Origin: Candidatus Nanosyncoccus sp.
GTDB lineage: Bacteria > Patescibacteriota > Saccharimonadia > Saccharimonadales > Saccharimonadaceae
NCBI GenBank assembly: GCA_045651545.1
Contig: JAZRSM010000015.1
Location: forward strand, 26,640-50,639
Direction: 5' to 3'
Length of the DNA stretch: 24,000 nt
This document shows positions 9,343-16,624 of this stretch, in pieces; position 1 is the stretch's first letter; each line of letters starts with the position of its first letter. The notes under the pieces were generated by a model that was given only the letters and a program-made list of their open reading frames with translations, searched no databases and was not told the origin of the DNA. The position numbers and the translations under genes are program-made.

Positions 9343-10168
9343 TAAAATAGGATTTATTAAACCTGACAAGTCTGTCTCTAGGAAGGTTAAATTTTTTGCC
9401 AGAATCATATGCTCTGACTGCGTCGAGAAAATCGCGGAGCTGGGGACGCGTGACAGAAATATTATGAGACATTAAAATGCTCCGCAAAAGTTCTTCGGCA
9501 GTTTCGTTGTCTAGCTCTTTAAATAAGTTACGCGGATAAGCTTTGTTGTCTAAAAAAAGTTTCGATAGATTTTGTTCGATTTCTTTACGTAAATCACATT
9601 GACGCGAATACAGTTCATCTAGTTTTTTAGCGGCGTCTGGTTGGGTCTTAATAAACTCGGCTACGGCAGGTCGGAGACGATTTCTTAAGTAAATATCTTC
9701 ATTGTTAGTTGGATCTTGACGAAAAACAATTTGATTTTTGCTAGCATAACGATAGATTTCGGACTTAGTAAAATGAAGCATAGGATGCTCGATTTCGGCA
9801 TTGTAAAACGGCGTTAAGCCGCGCCAGCCAGTACCGCGCAAAAGATTAATCGCGATAGACTCACACAAGTCATTCAGGTGATGTGCGGTGTAAATTTTGC
9901 CGTCTAGCTCGCTTGCTAATTTGCGCAAAAAGTTATAGCGAGCCTCGCGCGCAGTGGCCTCGGAAACATTGGCGCCAAGATTTGCTTTTTCAGTATAGAA
10001 AGGCAAGCGATATTTTAAGGCAAATTCTTCAACAAAATTTTGGTCATCATCGGCGGAGGCTCTAGTGCCATGGTTAAAATGTGCAACCACGACATCCGAA
10101 TCATCCTTCATCATATGTAAAAGGCACATCGAATCAACACCGCCAGAAATTGCCAAAATCTTCTTCAT
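9335..10168 (-). CDS. tilS: tRNA(Ile)-lysidine synthetase (TilS), short form
   Basis: PP-loop ATPase motif SGGVDS at residues 8-13 and AHHLND further in. Size (277 aa) fits an N-terminal catalytic domain plus a small C-terminal region. Confidence 0.85.
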   Translation of the reverse strand: MKKILAISGGVDSMCLLHMMKDDSDVVVAHFNHGTRASADDDQNFVEEFALKYRLPFYTEKANLGANVSEATAREARYNFLRKLASELDGKIYTAHHLNDLCESIAINLLRGTGWRGLTPFYNAEIEHPMLHFTKSEIYRYASKNQIVFRQDPTNNEDIYLRNRLRPAVAEFIKTQPDAAKKLDELYSRQCDLRKEIEQNLSKLFLDNKAYPRNLFKELDNETAEELLRSILMSHNISVTRPQLRDFLDAVRAYDSGKKFNLPRDRLVRFNKSYFML

Positions 10169-10176
10169 ATTGTGTA

Positions 10177-10185
10177 ATTATAACA
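10177..10185 (-). promoter_or_regulatory. Extended -10 promoter (TGTTATAAT) 8 nt upstream of the tilS ATG
   Basis: The minus strand reads TGTTATAAT-TACACAAT-ATG, with no SD. Confidence 0.45.
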
Positions 10186-10333
10186 TTGAATGGCCTAGTA
10201 TGGAAGTTTTAGGTCGTTTTTTCTTCAATGTTTTCAGGTGCTCGATGCTTTTCTGACTTTCGCTTGCTTCGTGTTGTTATCTCTATTATACCACACTCTG
10301 CGCAATTTTACCCACCATTTTTTGCGCAAAATG

Positions 10334-11230
10334 TTATGCCGCTGCGAAACGGACTTCGCGATAATGGTTGAAGAGTTTTTCCTGCTCTCCCTCCAAACCG
10401 TGGATGTAACGCTCGGTGGTTTCGGCGCGAGCGTGGCCGAGCATCTGCTGCATCTCCAAAAGCGTTGCGCCCTGCTTCTGAATATCAGTGCCGAAAGTAT
10501 GTCGCAGCGCGTGAGGGTAGAAGTTGTCGTAGCCAGCTTTCTCGAATACTTTTCTCATTCGGATGCGAAGTTCATCGTTACAAAGGTGGCGGTGGTATTC
10601 ATTCACCCATAGCCAGTCCGTAACATCGGCGACTTCGATCCATTCTTGCAGATATTCGTAGGTTTCAGTGGCCACCCAAACTGTTCTTTGCTTGAACCCT
10701 TTACCTATGAAGTTTATCTGACGACCTTTGAAACTGTCTAGCTGAAGGTTTCTGAGCTCAGAGATGCGGAGGCCTGTGTCAAAGCATACTCTTATCAGAA
10801 GCCAGTCCATCAAGTTTTGGCGGCGCTCGAAGTCATCCTCGGCTTCGAGATCTATCACCGACAAAACCTTAGCTATATCGTCCCTTAGATAGAAGACACG
10901 GCGCACTGGCCCTTCCTTGAGTTTTTGGATGAGTGGAGTTTTAATAGGGATGGTCATCCCCATTTCTCGGTGATATTTTATGAGGCAGATGATGTGAGCG
11001 GAGCGCATATTGATCGTCCGCGGACTGATGCCTTTCTTAGCCTGGGCTTTTACCCAGCGGTTGTAGTCGGCATTGTCTAACTGTTCCAAGTCCTTACACT
11101 TAGACTGCTCGATAAACTGCTTGTAGCAACATTTTTTAGCGGTGAGAGTCATCGGACTTACCTGCTTTACAAACTCGCAGTATTCCAGATACTCATTCAC
11201 CTGAGAATATATCGGATCTCCTTTTGACAT
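10334..11230 (-). CDS. int: Tyrosine recombinase / phage integrase
   Basis: C-terminal catalytic signature: R (GLRISELRNL), HALRHTF, LGHARAETTERYIH (His-X-X-Arg ... Tyr). An N-terminal SAM-like core-binding domain is present. Confidence 0.9.
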   Translation of the reverse strand: MSKGDPIYSQVNEYLEYCEFVKQVSPMTLTAKKCCYKQFIEQSKCKDLEQLDNADYNRWVKAQAKKGISPRTINMRSAHIICLIKYHREMGMTIPIKTPLIQKLKEGPVRRVFYLRDDIAKVLSVIDLEAEDDFERRQNLMDWLLIRVCFDTGLRISELRNLQLDSFKGRQINFIGKGFKQRTVWVATETYEYLQEWIEVADVTDWLWVNEYHRHLCNDELRIRMRKVFEKAGYDNFYPHALRHTFGTDIQKQGATLLEMQQMLGHARAETTERYIHGLEGEQEKLFNHYREVRFAAA

Positions 11231-11333
11231 TGTAGTTGTGGTTTCCTAACTCCCACCCACTTAGAATTGATGAAAGAGTTTTGTTTTCCACGCAGCCTAC
11301 TATTATTTCTTTTTATATTCTTTTTCTATGGGC

Positions 11334-11388
11334 GTGCTATTTTAGCACGGCACCCTCTGTTCCGTGGTGTGCTATTTTAGCACGGCAC
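11334..11388. promoter_or_regulatory. Two copies of a 20-bp element, each containing the perfect palindrome GTGCTA-TTT-TAGCAC; putative operator pair upstream of int
   Basis: GTGCTATTTTAGCACGGCAC occurs at 11334-11353 and again, identically, at 11369-11388 (35-bp phasing). Both copies lie in the 266-bp AT-rich gap between the wHTH gene and int. Confidence 0.55.
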
Positions 11389-11496
11389 AATGTGCAGTTC
11401 CACAGGCTTTTGCACATAGTTTTCCACAACCCACAGAAAAGAATGAAAAAAAGAGGCCTCCAACAGAGATACCTCCTTCACCTAAACTGCGTTGTC

Positions 11497-11775
11497 TTAT
11501 CTGTTTATTTTGTATTTTCCAGGGGAGTTTTGGTTCTTACCTTGCACAAAGTCGATAAGTTCAAGCTCCACAAGTTTTGTCCTAGCCCTAACTATTCTGC
11601 CCTGCCACCACCCTGTCTTACTCATCAGATATTTTGTAAAGATCGCAAAGTAGCCATTCTGGTCTTTCTTCCAGACCTTCGCTGCATTCTCCAAAATAGC
11701 CAACAACACAGCCGCATCCGTCCCAATTACTGGGAGCAGCTCTGTATCTACTTTGTAGAATTGCCTCCTGGCCAC
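11497..11775 (-). CDS. Small winged-helix DNA-binding protein (putative phage regulator; repressor/excisionase-like role not resolved)
   Basis: GTG start preceded by AAGGAGG at 7-nt spacing. The 92-aa basic protein has a pattern (LLAILEN..., SKTGWWQGRIVRARTKLVELELI) resembling wHTH DNA-binding domains. Function is assigned by position only. Confidence 0.5.
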   Translation of the reverse strand: MARRQFYKVDTELLPVIGTDAAVLLAILENAAKVWKKDQNGYFAIFTKYLMSKTGWWQGRIVRARTKLVELELIDFVQGKNQNSPGKYKINR

Positions 11776-11813
11776 TCTTTTACCTCCTTACAGTTATCTG
11801 CTCAGAGGCGAAT

Positions 11814-11837
11814 ATAGTCTCGCAAAAACGAGACTAT
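11814..11837. promoter_or_regulatory. Perfect 9-bp inverted repeat (ATAGTCTCG-CAAAAA-CGAGACTAT) in the divergent control region
   Basis: Read directly from the sequence. It lies about 40 bp upstream of the wHTH start and about 80 bp upstream of the rightward promoter at 11916. No U-tract follows, so it is not a typical terminator. Confidence 0.4.
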
Positions 11838-11915
11838 TGAGAACTTTGTGGTTACATCTATAATATCACTCATCAAAGGTGGTGTCAAGTGATGCTCGAA
11901 CGAGCGTGCCTTTTA

Positions 11916-12008
11916 TGGTATAATAAAGTTAGATCGACTGCGGCTCTTGGAGACCAGTCGCTATATTCCTCGCGGTTTTAGGCAGGCGGCTCGTAAAGGG
12001 CCGCTTTT
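11916..12008 (+). promoter_or_regulatory. Phage leader module A: extended -10 promoter + conserved 5' leader + hairpin + intrinsic terminator
   Basis: TGGTATAAT (11916-11924), a 6-nt spacer, then conserved AGATCGACTGCGGCT from 11931. Hairpin arms are CGACTG (11935-40) and CAGTCG (11955-60). The terminator GCGGCTC-GTAAA-GGGCCGC-TTTT spans 11986-12008. Confidence 0.65.
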
Positions 12009-12037
12009 GGTTGAGACAAAATAATCGAGGTGAAAAA

Positions 12038-12430
12038 ATGAAAGACATTTCAACCGAACAATTTGAAGCTATCGTAACGCAGAGGGTGCTCTATCGCTGC
12101 TTGTCGGCCAGCGCCATCCGAAACGGTTTTCAGCGTAACGATCTTATCTTCAAGTCCTCTTACACTGGGAGCGAAGTGCTCCAGGACTACGGTCTCGGAG
12201 AAGTTTGTCAGTGTCAGATGCGCGGTCTGAAAGTCTATCTGTTTCACAAACAGAACAATAGGATCGTGGCAGAGCTTGCGCTTGCGGCCGATACGGACGA
12301 GAAGACAGGGCTCAAAAAGCGACCGCAGTTCTACTTAATCAACCGCAAAGGCTTTGTGAAAAGCCAGTCGCTTGCGAACTTAATCGCGGAGACTGGGAAG
12401 CTGAGCAATTACGAAAAGCATAGGAGGTAG
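12038..12430 (+). CDS. Hypothetical phage protein
   Basis: ATG at 12038 has a GAGGTG SD 6 nt upstream. The tracked TTG at 12011 lies just after the leader terminator and lacks an SD. I recognise no motif. Confidence 0.6.
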   Translation: MKDISTEQFEAIVTQRVLYRCLSASAIRNGFQRNDLIFKSSYTGSEVLQDYGLGEVCQCQMRGLKVYLFHKQNNRIVAELALAADTDEKTGLKKRPQFYLINRKGFVKSQSLANLIAETGKLSNYEKHRR

Positions 12431-12433
12431 CAT

Positions 12434-12782
12434 ATGGCTAACACTATCAAAGTAACTCCTGATGAGAAAGGCCGAGCCATCATCACGCTCTACGGCACTG
12501 ACATCGATGTTACAGACAAAGCAGACAAAAACGGCAAAGGCTTCCTGCACTTCGCAGGTGATGACTACAACTTTGAGATCATCGGAGCCGCCAAACCTAC
12601 CAAGAAAAAGACCGAGAAAAAGGTCAAAGAGGTAGAAAAAGTCGAGATCAAAGAGTTCAATAAAGACGGCTCGGTCGAAGCAGAAGTAGAAGGTGAAGAG
12701 ATGACTCTCACTCCTGGCGATGCGGAAACCGAAGAAGCCGTTGAAACTCTCAAAACTTTAGAGGAAGAGAGGAACGAAAACG

Positions 12783-12793
<11 letters not shown>
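12434..12793 (+). CDS. Hypothetical acidic/lysine-rich phage protein
   Basis: AGGAGG SD 6 nt upstream. The ORF is tightly packed, with an 11-nt overlap with the next gene. A low-complexity K/E-rich central segment is present. Confidence 0.6.
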
Positions 12794-13619
<826 letters not shown>

Positions 13620-13621
13620 AA

Positions 13622-14704
13622 ATGGCAAAAGTTCTAGTTACTGAGCAACATCTACAAGACATCGCGGACTCTATTCGTGGCAAGAACGGCTCAGCCGCTA
13701 CCTATAAGCCAGGGCAGATGAGCGCAGCCATCGATGCTATTCCTACTGGTGGATCTACTCGGCCAGAAACCTGGGCGGAGTTCGCCGCTATGTCATCAAG
13801 CACGCTTCAGAAGTGCTATGGTGTAGGCGACCGAGTTGGCATCGCTTGTCCGTGGAAATCGCCGTCAAACAACACGACCTACGACTTAATGTGGGAGATC
13901 GCCGCTTTTGGAACGACCAAGAAAGAAAACGACAACACAGACTACCCTTGCGTTACGCTCGTTGCACGGCTCGCTACTCCTGGTTCTTATCAGTTTGATG
14001 CGGCAGAGACACCAACGGCTGCAACGGAAGAAACCGCGCAAGACGGTATCTACTACTTTGGCTTTGATGGCACGAATTATACGGCACTCAACCTATCTAC
14101 TGGAGATACTATTCCTTATGGCGACTATACGGCGGTGTATAAGACAGATGTTACGAACAATGTTCAAAAGTTCAACGAGATCCGCCAATACGGCTACAAT
14201 GTTTACAAATACTCGGCTATTCGTCAATGGCTAAACTCTGATGCGGATGCCAATAGCTGGTGGCAAGCAAGCCACATCGGCGATGTTGCGCCAAACTATA
14301 CGAACCAAAAAGGCTTTATGTCAGGGTTCGAGGCGGCCTTCAAGAACATCTTGCAAAGAACAGAAGTTGCAACCGCTGGCAACAACTACACCGATGACGG
14401 CTCTATCTACAAGACTTATGACTACTTCTTCTTGCCCTCAAGATATGAGCTCTACGCGACAAGCTCACCAGTTGAAGGCGACAGAATGCCATACTTTGGA
14501 GTGAATAACGCGAATGTTAGAGGTCTCACGGCTAGAGGCCCTGCCTCTGGCGGCAGCACCAACAGCTGGTGGGAGCGGTCTGCTTGTCACGGCAACGCTA
14601 GTGGCGCGTATAGTGTCGGCAGCAGCGGCACCCCAGGCAGCGGCAACAGCGCGAGCGGCGCTTATTGTGTGGTCGCGGCTTGTAAGATCATCTTAGCATC
14701 CTAA
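13622..14704 (+). CDS. DGR target (variable) protein; putative receptor-binding tail fibre tip with a C-terminal C-type-lectin-like variable domain
   Basis: GAGGAG SD. The C-terminal 48 codons (PASGGSTNSWWERSACHGNASGAYSVGSSGTPGSGNSASGAYCVVAAC) are the VR copy of the template repeat. The WW.RS-type scaffold is typical of DGR variable proteins. Confidence 0.9.
   Translation: MAKVLVTEQHLQDIADSIRGKNGSAATYKPGQMSAAIDAIPTGGSTRPETWAEFAAMSSSTLQKCYGVGDRVGIACPWKSPSNNTTYDLMWEIAAFGTTKKENDNTDYPCVTLVARLATPGSYQFDAAETPTAATEETAQDGIYYFGFDGTNYTALNLSTGDTIPYGDYTAVYKTDVTNNVQKFNEIRQYGYNVYKYSAIRQWLNSDADANSWWQASHIGDVAPNYTNQKGFMSGFEAAFKNILQRTEVATAGNNYTDDGSIYKTYDYFFLPSRYELYATSSPVEGDRMPYFGVNNANVRGLTARGPASGGSTNSWWERSACHGNASGAYSVGSSGTPGSGNSASGAYCVVAACKIILAS
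14542..14684 (+). repeat. DGR variable region (VR)
   Basis: Gap-free 143-bp alignment to 15213-15355 with 23 mismatches by manual count. Of these, 22 lie at positions that are A in the other copy. Confidence 0.9.
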
Positions 14705-14709
14705 GCATC

Positions 14710-14735
14710 GGCGGCGGACACTTCCGCCGCCTTTG
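14710..14735 (+). terminator. GC-rich hairpin plus a short T-run after the target gene; terminator and/or DGR target-recognition hairpin
   Basis: GGCGGCGGA-CACT-TCCGCCGCC (14710-14731) followed by TTTG. It begins 26 nt after the end of VR homology. Confidence 0.7.
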
Positions 14736-14744
14736 TCTCCTCTG

Positions 14745-14753
14745 TGATATAAT
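14745..14753 (+). promoter_or_regulatory. Extended -10 promoter (TGATATAAT) 6 nt upstream of the avd ATG; predicted leaderless avd-TR-RT transcript
   Basis: TGATATAAT-ATAAGT-ATG has the same geometry as the host leaderless promoters. It lies just downstream of the 14710 hairpin. Confidence 0.55.
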
Positions 14754-14759
14754 ATAAGT

Positions 14760-15182
14760 ATGAGCGTTGTGGAAGAAAAGCGCAAGAAAGGTAAACTTGA
14801 AGTCTGCATCAAGGCGCTGGAGCTTGCGACTTATACCATTCAAATCACGGCGAATGAAAAGGTTTTCGAGCCGAAATATCGTGCCGCGGTTACGAATGAC
14901 TTGATCTCCCACGCAAAAGACATCTATCTCATCTGCTGGACGGCCAACAATATCCGAGTCGCTAGCGAAGAGGCTTACAGGGAGCGGCGAAGACTTCAGG
15001 ACAAAGCCATCATTGAATGCACGACTTTTCTAGGCCTTCTTGATATTGCCAAGAAGGTCTTTCATCTTGAAACAAAAAGAGTAACTTACTGGGCGAAGAA
15101 GACGGTGGAATGCCGCTCGCTCATCCGAGCTTGGCGCAACTCGGACAAAGAAAGATACAAAGCGCGCTACGATACTTCGTAG
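14760..15182 (+). CDS. avd: DGR accessory variability determinant (Avd-like four-helix-bundle protein)
   Basis: 140 aa, basic, predicted all-helical. It sits between the target gene and TR, as in the Bordetella phage BPP-1 mtd-avd-TR-brt layout. Confidence 0.75.
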   Translation: MSVVEEKRKKGKLEVCIKALELATYTIQITANEKVFEPKYRAAVTNDLISHAKDIYLICWTANNIRVASEEAYRERRRLQDKAIIECTTFLGLLDIAKKVFHLETKRVTYWAKKTVECRSLIRAWRNSDKERYKARYDTS

Positions 15183-15212
15183 CGTAGGTTGTAGGCTAAA
15201 ATTGTTCTTGTG

Positions 15213-15355
15213 TGCCTCTGGCGGCAACACCAACAACTGGTGGGAGCGGTCTGCTAATCAGGGCAACGCTAATAACGCGTATAATGTCAACAACAACGGC
15301 AACCCAGGCAACAACAACAACGCGAGCAACGCTAATTATGTGGTCGCGGATTGTA
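15213..15355 (+). repeat. DGR template repeat (TR)
   Basis: Noncoding A-rich copy of the VR. In the VR frame it reads as 18 Asn codons (14 AAC + 4 AAT). The ORF-track peptides at 15202-15387 and 15212-15439 are artefacts of this repeat. Confidence 0.9.
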
Positions 15356-15537
15356 TCGACAACTTTCTATCGTGTGCCTGCGCGTAACGCAGGAGTGAAA
15401 GAGCATCTGATACGATACAAGGAGCCGAATACCTGCTAATTCCGTGGAATTGTGCGGAATTGCGAACAACTGTGCGGTGATGCGAGTTTATTTCTCCGAA
15501 CTAGGCTCGCTATCACACCGCACCTCAAGAGAAACGA
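15356..15537 (+). ncRNA. DGR spacer region between TR and RT (predicted structured part of the DGR RNA)
   Basis: Hairpin CCTGCG-CGTAA-CGCAGG (15377-15393). Small hairpin AATTC-CGTG-GAATT (15438-15451). Long interrupted stem GTGCGGTGATGCGAG (15472-15486) pairing with CTCGCTATCACACCGCAC (15506-15523). Confidence 0.5.
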
Positions 15538-15543
15538 GTGGTT

Positions 15544-16563
15544 ATGGAACATATTATCGGTTTTGATGCTCTCTATGAGAGTATGAACAAGTGCAAAAAT
15601 GGTGTTATATGGAAAGACAGCGTAGCTCATTTTGTCCTGAATGCAGTCGAAGAGACGATGAAGCTTGAAGAACAGCTCAAGACTGGCAAATACCGCTCGC
15701 GCAAAGGCCGAGTTTTCACCTTAGAAAGCCCAAAGCGCCGCCAGGCGATGGGAATACCTTTCCGAGACCGTGTATATCAGCGGAGCCTCTGCGACAATGA
15801 AATCTACCCTGAACTTACCAAGCATCTCATCAAAGACAACTTCGCCTGCCAAACTGGCAAAGGCACCGACTGCGCAAGAGCCAGGATGAAGCAGTTTCTG
15901 CGCCGCATCTATCAACGAGATGGCGGCGACTTTTATGCCCTACAATGCGACATCAGAGGTTACTGCCCCAATATGAACCACAAAGTAGCTGAAGACATCC
16001 TGAAGAAATACTTGAAGCCTGAAATCGCTGCTATGGCCATTGAAATACTACACCAGCAATACCCAGGCGAAGTCGGCTATCTTCCAGGCAGTCAGCTTGT
16101 CCAACTGCTCGGCATCTCCATCCTGAACCCAATGGATCACTACATCAAGGAAAAGCTCCGCATCAAAGAATACGGTCGCTATATGGACGACTTCCTTCTC
16201 TTCCATAAAGACAAAGTCTATCTCGAATACTGCAAAGACCAAATCGAAAAGGGCTTGAACGCGCGTGGTTACGAACTACATCCTAAGAAGACACGCATCT
16301 TCCACATCAAAGAGGGCTTTCGCTTTCTCGGCTTCTACTTCTCACTGACTGACACTGGCAAGGTTGTGATGCTTATCGATCCAAAGAATGTGAAGATGGC
16401 TAGAAGGCGCTTGCGCCGTATGGCTGGGCTAGTCCGAAAAGGCAAGCTCACCAGGCACAAAGTCGATGAATGCTACAAGTGCTGGCGCAACCACGCATCA
16501 AAGGGCGACTCACTCGCTCTGTTACAGCGAATGGACACCTTCTATGAAGACCTCTGGCACTAA
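15544..16563 (+). CDS. DGR-type reverse transcriptase
   Basis: RT motifs include the catalytic YMDDFLLF, an upstream ACQTGKGT motif typical of DGR RTs, and LPGSQLVQLLGISILNPMDH (SQ-containing motif 4 region). ATG 15544 is preferred, but GTG 15538 is possible. Confidence 0.9.
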   Translation: MEHIIGFDALYESMNKCKNGVIWKDSVAHFVLNAVEETMKLEEQLKTGKYRSRKGRVFTLESPKRRQAMGIPFRDRVYQRSLCDNEIYPELTKHLIKDNFACQTGKGTDCARARMKQFLRRIYQRDGGDFYALQCDIRGYCPNMNHKVAEDILKKYLKPEIAAMAIEILHQQYPGEVGYLPGSQLVQLLGISILNPMDHYIKEKLRIKEYGRYMDDFLLFHKDKVYLEYCKDQIEKGLNARGYELHPKKTRIFHIKEGFRFLGFYFSLTDTGKVVMLIDPKNVKMARRRLRRMAGLVRKGKLTRHKVDECYKCWRNHASKGDSLALLQRMDTFYEDLWH

Positions 16564-16566
16564 TTA

Positions 16567-16621
16567 TGGTATAATATAATCAGATCGACTGCGACTACTC
16601 GTTATGAGCGGTCGCTTTTTT
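16567..16621 (+). promoter_or_regulatory. Phage leader module B: extended -10 promoter + conserved 5' leader folded directly into an intrinsic terminator
   Basis: TGGTATAAT (16567-16575), a 6-nt spacer, then AGATCGACTGCGACT from 16582. The stem GCGACTACTC-GTTAT-GAGCGGTCGC (16591-16615) is followed by T6. The module starts 4 nt after the RT stop codon. Confidence 0.65.
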
Positions 16622-16624
16622 GAT

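Noticed and set aside
10169-10333. Expected a tRNA/tmRNA integration target next to the integrase
   Set aside because: I could not fold any cloverleaf-like segment or find a TPsiC-like GTTCGAATC motif here. The only structure is a weak 7-bp inverted repeat (TGCGCAA...TTGCGCA, about 10299-10333).
10238-10612. 124-aa plus-strand ORF crossing the att-side intergenic region into int
   Set aside because: It is mostly antisense to the integrase catalytic domain and has no start context. The region is better explained as attL plus the int 3' end.
11334-11388. Possible CRISPR-like repeat (a 20-mer repeated with a 15-bp gap)
   Set aside because: There are only two copies, the spacer is far too short, the repeats are internally palindromic operator-like sites, and no cas genes are present. 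It is not a CRISPR array.
11334-11388. Phage palindromes as genuine HrcA (CIRCE) sites
   Set aside because: Only the 6-nt half-site core is shared. The orientation is everted and the spacing is 3 nt rather than the 9 nt of CIRCE. I kept this only as a low-probability hypothesis inside a finding, not as a feature call.
11236-11817. 193-aa plus-strand ORF spanning the int-wHTH gap
   Set aside because: It runs antisense through the well-supported minus-strand wHTH gene, which has a strong SD. It also crosses AT-rich operator-containing intergenic DNA and has a non-protein-like, low-complexity hydrophobic composition. It is probably spurious.
13813-14696. Several 60-108-aa alternative-frame plus-strand ORFs inside the DGR target gene
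   Set aside because: They are nested in a longer ORF with an SD and a VR in frame. Their compositions are Arg/Thr/Leu-rich, which indicates off-frame artefacts.
14688-14912. 74-aa minus-strand ORF across the target/avd junction
   Set aside because: It crosses the terminator hairpin and the avd promoter and runs antisense to avd. No support.
15202-15439. Two overlapping ORF-track peptides (61 and 75 aa), one extremely Asn-rich (GGNTNNWWERSANQGNANNAYNVNNNGNPGNNNNASNANY)
   Set aside because: This segment is the DGR template repeat. The open frame merely mirrors the VR coding frame. It has no SD or promoter context, and it lies in the avd-RT intergenic region, so I annotated it as TR and not as a CDS.
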